64,000 nucleotides of DNA, taken from positions 1,504,001 through 1,568,000 of the forward strand of contig CAXXHO010000003.1 of the NCBI GenBank assembly GCA_963667725.2, read 5' to 3'. Of the stretch, positions 56,809 to 64,000 are shown in pieces. The number at the start of each line of letters is the position of its first letter. Position 1 is the first letter of the stretch. The notes beneath the pieces were generated by a model that did no database searches, was not told the origin of the DNA, and was given only the letters and a program-made list of their open reading frames with translations. The stretch comes from Treponemataceae bacterium. Lineage in GTDB: Bacteria; Spirochaetota; Spirochaetia; Treponematales; Rectinemataceae. The translations under genes and the position numbers were made by a program.

Positions 56809-59800
56809 CTAGTCTCGCCAAACCTCCGCGACGAATGGCTGGGTCTTCAGGTATTCCACATCCCTGTCGAGGGCGGAGCAGGAAATATGGGCACCCGCCC
56901 GCACGATGGCTTCCCCGCCCTTATCCTTGAGGGGGATATGGAAGGTCAGCGAACAAGACCCCGGAAGTGAATATATCGCATCGCGCAGCTCGATCATGGT
57001 TTCCTCATCGTACCTGCTTCCGTTCTCCACCGAAGCGAGGCGAATGTGCAGTTCCCGCCAGGACTTTTCCTTCAGGGAAGCCGGATCGAGAAGTTCCTTC
57101 ACCTGGAGAGAGGGCTTCCCCCGCGATCCGTCAAAGGTTCCCTTTATGCAGTAGACGCGGTCGGTAGCCAGCTGGGAGCGCAGCAGCTCCAGCGTATCGG
57201 GGAAAACCACTATCTCGATGGAGCCGGAATAATCTTCCAGGAGGCCGAAGGCCATTTTCCGTCCCGCCTTCGTTATTATCTCCCTGAACTCCATCATCAT
57301 GGCCACTACGATATATTCCTTGTCCTGGGTGGCGTGTTCGAGGTGGGAGAGATCGAGGGATGAGGAGCGTTCCCATATCTGCCTATATTCATCCATGGGA
57401 TGGCCGGTGAAATAGAAGCCGAGGAGAGCCTTCTCGAAATCCAGCATTTCCTGGCGGCCGTACTCCTCGCAGGGCTCCATGTTGAAGGGCGGGAACACCG
57501 TCTCGTCCCCTGAGTCGAAGAGGCTGCCCTGCCGCGAGGATTCGTGCTCCATCTTGGAAGAAACCCAGTCCAGGGCCCGTTCCAGGTTGAGCATCAGTTC
57601 CTTCCGCCTGCATCCCAGCGAATCGAAACAGCCCGCGTGAATAAGAGATTCCAGTATTTTCTTGTTAAGTCCAACGCTGGACATGCGCGACAGGAAATCG
57701 ACGAAATCGGAGAAGGGACCTTTGTCCTTCCTCTCGTTCATGATGGCGTTGGCGATGCCCGCTCCCACGCCCTTTATGCCCAGGAAACCATAGACGATTT
57801 CTCCCTTTTCCACGCTGAACATGGCTTCGGAGTAGTTGATGTCGGGCGGCAGCACCTTTCTGCCCATGGCCTTGGCTTCGCTTATGTACTGCGTCAGTTT
57901 TCCCGTGTCGTTTATCTCGTTGGTGAGGTTGGCGGCCATGAATTCGGCGGGATAGTTGGCCTTGAGATAGGCGGTGCGATAGGCGACGACGGAATAGGCC
58001 GCGGCGTGGGACTTGTTGAAGCCGTAGCCCGCGAAGGGGGTGAGGATGTCGAATATTTCCTCGGCTTCCTCTTTCTTGTAGCCCCTTTTCAGGGCTCCCT
58101 CGATGAAGGGCGCTCTTTCCTTGGCGAGGATTTCCGGTTTTTTCTTGCCCATGGCCCTGCGGAGGAGGTCGGCTCGCCCCAGGGAATAGCCCGCCACCTC
58201 CTGCGCCGCCTGCATTACCTGTTCCTGGTAGACGATGACGCCGTAAGTCGCCTTGAGGTATTTCTCGAGGGAGGGATGGGGATAGGTTATGGGGATCTTT
58301 CCGGTCTTGGAATCGATGTACTTGTCGATGAAGTCCATCGGGCCAGGCCGGTAGAGGGCGTTCAGGGCTATCAAGTCCTCGATCGTGTTCGGCTTGGCCC
58401 TTTTCAGGATGTTCTGCATGCCCGAGGATTCGAATTGGAATATCGAGGTGCTCTTGCCTTCGCCGAGGAGCTGGAAGGTCTTCCTGTCGTCCTCGGGGAT
58501 ATCGTCTTCCTTGAGCTCGATCCCCCGTTTCTTGATGAGGTTGAGCGTGTTCTTGATCAGGGTCAGGGTCTTGAGTCCGAGGAAGTCCATCTTGACCAGG
58601 CCGCAGTTCTCCAGATAGTCCATCGTGTACTGCGTCGAAATATTGCCGGTCTTGGGGTCCTTGTAGAGGGGGACGAAGTCCGTGAGGACGGATTTCCCGA
58701 TGACGATGCCCGCCGCGTGTATGGAACTGTGCCTGTGCAGGTTTTCCAGCCTCAATCCGATCTTGAAGAGTTCCTGGTAGCGCGGGTCGTTGGCCAGGGT
58801 CTGGAGTTTCGGCTCCATCTCGAAGGCAGTCTCCAGGGTCATGTGGGGATCTTCGGGGATGAGCTTGGCTATGTTGTTCGCGTCCTCGAAGGAAATATCG
58901 AGGGCGCGCGACACGTCCTTTATGACGGCCTTGGCCTTCAGGGTCCCGAAGGTGATGATCTGCCCCACCCTATCCACGCCATATTTCCGCGTGACGTACT
59001 CGATCACTTCCCCTCGTCTTTCATAGCAGAAATCGATGTCGAAGTCAGGCATTGAGATTCGTTCGGGATTGAGGAAGCGCTCGAAGAGGAGATCGAATTT
59101 CAGAGGATCGATATCGGTGATCCTTAGGGCGTAGGCCACGATCGAGCCCGCTCCCGATCCGCGGCCGGGGCCGACGGGAATGTCGTGCTGCTTGGCCCAG
59201 TCGATGAAGTCCCAGACAATGAGGTAGTAGCCGGTGAAGCCCATCTTGATGATGACCGAAAGCTCGTATTCGGCTCTGTCCCGGATCGTCTTGTCGGCGT
59301 TGGGATAGCGCCTGGAGAGGCCTTCATAGGTAAGATGGCGCAGGTAGGCTTCGGGAGACTCGAACTCGGGCGGAATCTCGTAGTCGGGAAGCATGGGTCC
59401 GGGAAAATCTATCTTGAGCTGGACCATCTCGTTGATCTTGAGGGTGTTTTCGAGAGCCTGAGGCACTTCGCCGAAGAGGGCCGCCATTTCGTAGGCGGTT
59501 TTTAGGTAGAACTGGTTGTTGGGAAAGCGCATGCGTCCTGGCTCATTCCGCTTGCGGTTCGTGCCCACGCAGAGAAGGATGTCCTGGGCTACGGAATCCT
59601 CCTGGTTTATGTAATGAAGATCGTTCGTGGCGACAAGCGGCAGCCCAGTCCGCCTGGACATGGATATAAGCTCGCGGTTGACGAGTTTCTGCTCCTCCAG
59701 TCCGTGATCCTGCAGTTCGAGATAGAATCTGTCCTTTCCGAAGAGTTCCTGGTAATAGAGGACTTTTTTTTCAGCCGCATCCCTCTTTCCGGAGAGAATG

Positions 59801-60240
59801 AGAGAGGGGATTTCGCCCGCTATACAGGCGGTGGAGGCGATAAGTCCCTTGGAATACATCGCGAGGATTTCGTCGTCGATTCGAGGTTTATAGTAGAAGC
59901 CCTCGGTGTAGGAAAGCGAGGTGAGCTTCATGAGGTTGCGGTAGCCTTCCTGGTTTTCGGCCAGGAGGATGAAGTGCCAGTACTTGTTGCCGTTCTCGGT
60001 TCCGGCTTTTTCCCGGCGGGATCCGCCGGCCATATAGAACTCGCAGCCGATGATGGGATTCACGCCCTCTTCCCTGCAGGCTTTGTTGAAAGTGAGGGCC
60101 CCGAACATATTGCCGTGATCCGTTATCGCCAAGCCGGGCATTCCGTAGCGCTTGGCCGTGGCGACAAGTTCCTTGATGGGAGCGGCTCCGTCGAGGAGGG
60201 AGAAATCTGTGTGGTTGTGAAGATGCACGAATTCCGACAT
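56809..60240 (-). CDS. dnaE: DNA polymerase III alpha subunit
   Basis: PHP domain HLHNHTDFSLLDG, GPGRGSGAGS, ERISMPDFDIDF, KMDFLGL, YGFNKSH. No intein seen. Confidence 0.98.
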   Translation of the reverse strand: MSEFVHLHNHTDFSLLDGAAPIKELVATAKRYGMPGLAITDHGNMFGALTFNKACREEGVNPIIGCEFYMAGGSRREKAGTENGNKYWHFILLAENQEGYRNLMKLTSLSYTEGFYYKPRIDDEILAMYSKGLIASTACIAGEIPSLILSGKRDAAEKKVLYYQELFGKDRFYLELQDHGLEEQKLVNRELISMSRRTGLPLVATNDLHYINQEDSVAQDILLCVGTNRKRNEPGRMRFPNNQFYLKTAYEMAALFGEVPQALENTLKINEMVQLKIDFPGPMLPDYEIPPEFESPEAYLRHLTYEGLSRRYPNADKTIRDRAEYELSVIIKMGFTGYYLIVWDFIDWAKQHDIPVGPGRGSGAGSIVAYALRITDIDPLKFDLLFERFLNPERISMPDFDIDFCYERRGEVIEYVTRKYGVDRVGQIITFGTLKAKAVIKDVSRALDISFEDANNIAKLIPEDPHMTLETAFEMEPKLQTLANDPRYQELFKIGLRLENLHRHSSIHAAGIVIGKSVLTDFVPLYKDPKTGNISTQYTMDYLENCGLVKMDFLGLKTLTLIKNTLNLIKKRGIELKEDDIPEDDRKTFQLLGEGKSTSIFQFESSGMQNILKRAKPNTIEDLIALNALYRPGPMDFIDKYIDSKTGKIPITYPHPSLEKYLKATYGVIVYQEQVMQAAQEVAGYSLGRADLLRRAMGKKKPEILAKERAPFIEGALKRGYKKEEAEEIFDILTPFAGYGFNKSHAAAYSVVAYRTAYLKANYPAEFMAANLTNEINDTGKLTQYISEAKAMGRKVLPPDINYSEAMFSVEKGEIVYGFLGIKGVGAGIANAIMNERKDKGPFSDFVDFLSRMSSVGLNKKILESLIHAGCFDSLGCRRKELMLNLERALDWVSSKMEHESSRQGSLFDSGDETVFPPFNMEPCEEYGRQEMLDFEKALLGFYFTGHPMDEYRQIWERSSSLDLSHLEHATQDKEYIVVAMMMEFREIITKAGRKMAFGLLEDYSGSIEIVVFPDTLELLRSQLATDRVYCIKGTFDGSRGKPSLQVKELLDPASLKEKSWRELHIRLASVENGSRYDEETMIELRDAIYSLPGSCSLTFHIPLKDKGGEAIVRAGAHISCSALDRDVEYLKTQPFVAEVWRD

Positions 60241-60259
60241 GGCCGAAGTATAGCCTACT

Positions 60260-61681
60260 TTACGCGTAGCCCGCCAGAACCCCGATCATGAGAAGGCCCA
60301 TGGTGAGGATGAGAACGGCCGCCTGCAGGAGCCAGGTTTTTTTGAACCATTCGGGCCAGGAAAGCCCCGCCACGCCCAGTGCTATGAGGAGCACGGCATT
60401 GGTGGGGTAAATCATGTTGGAGAATCCGTCGCCGAAGGCGAAAGCCTGCACCGCCAGCTGGCGGGAGACGCCCGCAAGGTCGGCCAGGGGAGCGAGAAGG
60501 GGCATTAGCAGAAAAGCCTTGGCGGTGGCCGATCCGATGAAAAAATTCATTCCAAGGGTGAAAACATAGATGAGAGCCGCGGCTCCATAGCCGCTCGATT
60601 CCCCAATGACGGAGGAAGCCCCGTGGAGGATGGAATCCATGATTCCTCCGGAGACGATGATATGCTTGACCGCCATCGCCATGAGGATGAGGACGACGCC
60701 CGGGAGGATTCCGGCCACGCCCGATCCGAAAGCCTTGAGGCAATCCCGGAAGGAAAGACCGGCGACGAGGCCGGAGCCGAGGCCGGCGAGCAGGAATATG
60801 AGGGCGATGATGGGCATGGAATAGTCGGCGAAGGTTCTCGTCAGCGAGATCGTCATGATGACGGCGATGAGGATGAGGATGGAAAGGCCGAAAAATCTGG
60901 CGCCGCGGCCAGGCTTTAGTCCGGCCATCGCCTCCGGCACGACATCGACTGGGAGGCCAGCGGCGGCGGCGCCGGGTTTTCCGGATTCGCACTTTTTCGC
61001 CATGGCCGCGAGCCAAAGATAAAAGAGGGCGTAGACGCAGATGAAGACGATTATCCTGAATCCCGAACCAGAAAACATGGGCAGCCCGGCGAGGCGCTGG
61101 GCCGTGCCGATAGTGAAAGGATTCGCGATGGCCGCCGCGAAGCCGAATCCCGTCGCGAGAATGCTCATTCCCAGTCCTACGTAGATGTCCCAGCCCAGGG
61201 AAAGGGAGAGGGCTATCGCCACGGGCACGAGGGGTACCGTTTCCTCGAAGATGCCGAGGAGCGATCCGATCCCCATGAAAAAGAACACGACAATGGCGAG
61301 AAGGAGGTAGCGGCGCGCGGAAAACCTTCTGGCGATGAGAGTCACGGCCTCCTTGAGCACCGATGCCTTGTCCAGGACCGCGAAGGCGCCACCCACGATC
61401 ATGATGAACAGTATTATGACGATTGCCTGGAGACCGTCGCTGGAAGCGAGCACTTCGAGGGGGGCGGTAAACCAGCGCCAGACCGGATAGGCGGGCTTTT
61501 CCGTCATGATGTAGGTATCGGGCACCACCTGGAGGCCATATTCGCCCATGACGCGCTCATATCGGCCGGAAGGCAGGACGGCGGACAGGATGCCCGCTCC
61601 CAGCATCAGGGCGAGCAGCACGAGAAAGCTCGTGAGAAAGGCTTTTTTGGAAATGCGGAGCCCCGACTGTCGCTGAGCCAT
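60260..61681 (-). CDS. YfcC/DcuC-like (IT superfamily) membrane transporter
   Basis: Polytopic. GIFEET, ANPFTIGTAQRLAGLPMFSG, FFIGSATAKA, FAFGDGFSNMIYPTN. Confidence 0.87.
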   Translation of the reverse strand: MAQRQSGLRISKKAFLTSFLVLLALMLGAGILSAVLPSGRYERVMGEYGLQVVPDTYIMTEKPAYPVWRWFTAPLEVLASSDGLQAIVIILFIMIVGGAFAVLDKASVLKEAVTLIARRFSARRYLLLAIVVFFFMGIGSLLGIFEETVPLVPVAIALSLSLGWDIYVGLGMSILATGFGFAAAIANPFTIGTAQRLAGLPMFSGSGFRIIVFICVYALFYLWLAAMAKKCESGKPGAAAAGLPVDVVPEAMAGLKPGRGARFFGLSILILIAVIMTISLTRTFADYSMPIIALIFLLAGLGSGLVAGLSFRDCLKAFGSGVAGILPGVVLILMAMAVKHIIVSGGIMDSILHGASSVIGESSGYGAAALIYVFTLGMNFFIGSATAKAFLLMPLLAPLADLAGVSRQLAVQAFAFGDGFSNMIYPTNAVLLIALGVAGLSWPEWFKKTWLLQAAVLILTMGLLMIGVLAGYA

Positions 61682-61783
61682 CGTCTTCCTCCATAAGGGC
61701 GGTAAAAAGCCGGCAGGTTATGCCGCATAATGTTGACCTTGCCGTCATACTACTTCATACTTTTGTCGAAAGGAAGATTTTGA

Positions 61784-63142
61784 ATGAATGACAATGCTAT
61801 ATCGGCGGCAATTTATCCCGATTTGCCCTCCAAACTATCGCGCCTCGTCAGCTTTCCCACGGTTTCGTCCTACAACCCAGGCGATGAGGACGACGCGGCC
61901 TTTCTGGCGCTGAAAGGCGAGCTTCCCCTTCTCTATCCACGGGTACACGCGATGCTGGAGAGGGAAGAACCTTCCGACAGAGCCCTTCTCTACACCTGGA
62001 AGGGAAAAAACCCCGCCCTCGCGCCGGCGCTGTTCTGCGCCCATTTCGATGTCGTGCCCGTTCCCGACTCAACTGGCTGGAAGCACGATCCCTTCGCGGG
62101 GGACATTATTGAAGGCGAACTCTGGGGCCGCGGCACCCAGGATATCAAGGTGCTCATGGCTTCCATTCTGGAGGCCGCCGAAAAGCTCCTGGAGCGCGGC
62201 TTCGAGCCTGAACGGACAATCTATTTCGCCTTTGGCGGCGACGAGGAGGTAGGCGGCCATAGGGGCGCCGCGGCCATCGCCGACCTTTTTGCCGCCAGGG
62301 GGATCAAGGCTTCTTTTCTCGTGGACGAAGGAGGCCCCATCTCGGTAGGCATGCTTTCCTTTGCCGCGCGCCCCCTTGCCCTCATCGGCGTGGCGGAGAA
62401 AGGCTATGCCGATCTTTGCGTGCGCGTGAAAGGTTCGGGAGGCCATGCCTCCATGCCGCCGCGGCACACAGCCCCCGGCGATCTCGCCAGGGCAATCGCC
62501 GCGATCGAGGCGCGGCCCTTCCCAACGAAACTCACGCGCACGGTGCGCTCATTTTTCTCTCGCCTCGCGCCTGAATCGAAACTGCCTTACCGTTTCCTCT
62601 TCAGCCAGCTCTGGCTTACTGCCCCGGTTCTCATGAGGGCATTCGCATCCGGACCGACCACGAACGCCCTGATCCGCACGACAGTGGCCTGCACCATGCT
62701 CAAGGGCAGCCCGAAGGAGAATGTCCTCGCGGACAATGCGGAGGCTACGCTGAACGTGCGCATTCTTCCCGGCGAAACTTCAGAAGAAGTCATAGCGAAG
62801 CTGAACCGCATTGTGGCGCCCTTTGGCGCTACGGTATCCCCCAAATATAAGGATCATGTCATCGAGCCTTCCAGCGAATCCGGAACGGACCATGAGGGAT
62901 GGAAGGCCATCGAGTCGGCATTGAGGACATCCCATCCCCAGGCGGGTTGCCTGCCCTTCCTCTTCAGCGCCGCCACCGATACGAAGCATTATAAGAATGT
63001 CGTCGGCGCGATCTACAGATTCACGCCCCTGATCCAGTCTCAGGAAGATCTTAAGGGGGTTCATGGCGACAACGAGCGGGTAAAGCTGAGCGATCTCGAT
63101 CGTTGCGCGCTTTTCTACGGCACGATGATGGCATCTCTCTAG
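61784..63142 (+). CDS. M20 family peptidase/amidohydrolase
   Basis: AHFDVVP, WGRGTQDIK, DEEVGG, DEGG, AEKG, GGHASMP, HGDNER. Confidence 0.92.
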   Translation: MNDNAISAAIYPDLPSKLSRLVSFPTVSSYNPGDEDDAAFLALKGELPLLYPRVHAMLEREEPSDRALLYTWKGKNPALAPALFCAHFDVVPVPDSTGWKHDPFAGDIIEGELWGRGTQDIKVLMASILEAAEKLLERGFEPERTIYFAFGGDEEVGGHRGAAAIADLFAARGIKASFLVDEGGPISVGMLSFAARPLALIGVAEKGYADLCVRVKGSGGHASMPPRHTAPGDLARAIAAIEARPFPTKLTRTVRSFFSRLAPESKLPYRFLFSQLWLTAPVLMRAFASGPTTNALIRTTVACTMLKGSPKENVLADNAEATLNVRILPGETSEEVIAKLNRIVAPFGATVSPKYKDHVIEPSSESGTDHEGWKAIESALRTSHPQAGCLPFLFSAATDTKHYKNVVGAIYRFTPLIQSQEDLKGVHGDNERVKLSDLDRCALFYGTMMASL

Positions 63143-63259
63143 ACTGAAAATCGCATCGAATAAAGGAAGCGGGCATTCCGAAAACGGGCATTTCGGAAGC
63201 GCGCTTCCGATTTCTTATTTTTTCTTGCCTCGGATCATCTCCTGTATTAAGTTTTTGTA

Positions 63260-63817
63260 ATGAAAATCAAATTTTTATCGATTATGATCGCTTTCGCGAT
63301 GATCGGTTCCGCTGTTTACGCGGTGGATATAAACGGTTCGATAGCCCAGGGCGAGTACGCGAGGGAAACCTCGTTCGACAACGGAAATTTCAGACTCCAC
63401 TGGAAAATAGAGGGTGACGCGATATTCATGGCCATCGACGCGAAGGCAGCCGGATGGGTCTCTATAGGATTCGAGCCGACCAATATCATGGCGAATGCCG
63501 ATATGGTTTTCGGCATCGTGGACAAGTCGGGCATGTTGCAGCCGATAGATGCCTGGTCCACCGGTATGTTCGGACCGCATCCGCCTGACGTGAATCAGGG
63601 GGGCAAGGACAGCATTCTCGCCTCCGCGGCCGGAAGAACCCAGGATCGAGTCGTATTCGAATTCTCCCGAAAATTGAATACCGGCGACAAATTGGACAAG
63701 GTCATCCCCGCCAAAGGCTCTTTCAAGGTGATCTGGGCCTACAGCTCCAGTCTGCAGTTCACCGCGAAACACAGCAAGGCCGGCAAGGCCACGCTCGAGA
63801 TGGACGGCTCCGAATGA
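63260..63817 (+). CDS. Secreted DOMON-domain protein (heme-binding type)
   Basis: Signal peptide. GWVSIGF...MANADM, FEFSRKLNTGD, IWAY...KHSKAG. Confidence 0.85.
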   Translation: MKIKFLSIMIAFAMIGSAVYAVDINGSIAQGEYARETSFDNGNFRLHWKIEGDAIFMAIDAKAAGWVSIGFEPTNIMANADMVFGIVDKSGMLQPIDAWSTGMFGPHPPDVNQGGKDSILASAAGRTQDRVVFEFSRKLNTGDKLDKVIPAKGSFKVIWAYSSSLQFTAKHSKAGKATLEMDGSE

Positions 63818-64000
63818 GCCTCCTCCCCTTTCACCTGGGGCTCATGGCGACGGCAACCGCCGCCATGCTGGCAGCCATCATCGTCGCGAGGTTTTTCAGA
63901 AAGAAGAAGTGGTGGCTCAGGGCACATAAATCGCTCAACCTTGCCGCCGTCGGTCTGGCATTCTTGGGGTTTGTTCTCGCGTTTATTATGGTGCAGTCCT
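63814..64000 (+). CDS. Membrane protein, cytochrome b561-like N-terminus (runs off window)
   Basis: Not in the ORF track. ATGA overlap with the DOMON gene. Hand translation: MSLLPFHLGLMATATAAMLAAIIVARFFRKKKWWLRAHKSLNLAAVGLAFLGFVLAFIMVQS. Confidence 0.65.
   Translation, partial: MSLLPFHLGLMATATAAMLAAIIVARFFRKKKWWLRAHKSLNLAAVGLAFLGFVLAFIMVQS

Overview
A gene-dense, GC-rich chromosomal segment from an anaerobic spirochaete. The taxonomy is inferred from the class I LysRS, the murB/cysS-ECF sigma-anti-sigma arrangement and the giant OmpA-domain protein; a Treponema/Rectinema-like lineage is a guess. I found no rRNA, tRNA, CRISPR array, prophage or IS element. Most genes are housekeeping (recG, pckG, efp, epmA, glyA, cysS, murB, rpmB, ffh, ftsI-like, lepB, tsaD, lysS, ndk, adk, dnaE), alongside four protein-degrading peptidases (M32, M29, M3, M20). 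Six things stand out. (1) An RpoS-like sigma factor sits behind a perfect sigma54 -24/-12 promoter, suggesting a Borrelia-like RpoN->RpoS cascade; a second sigma54 promoter drives a secreted Gly/Met-rich protein. (2) A trimeric [FeFe]-hydrogenase has a NuoF/HydB subunit carrying a GltD-like FAD/NADP(H) module in place of the ferredoxin-like tail. (3) A 2243-aa protein combines a probable barrel, 16 Ig-like repeats and an OmpA domain. (4) About eleven genes appear leaderless or near-leaderless, most with a -10 box 6-8 nt before the start codon. (5) Several intact ORFs have altered catalytic residues. (6) A split DOMON + cytochrome b561-like gene pair lies at the right edge. All calls come from motif recognition by eye; no searches were run.
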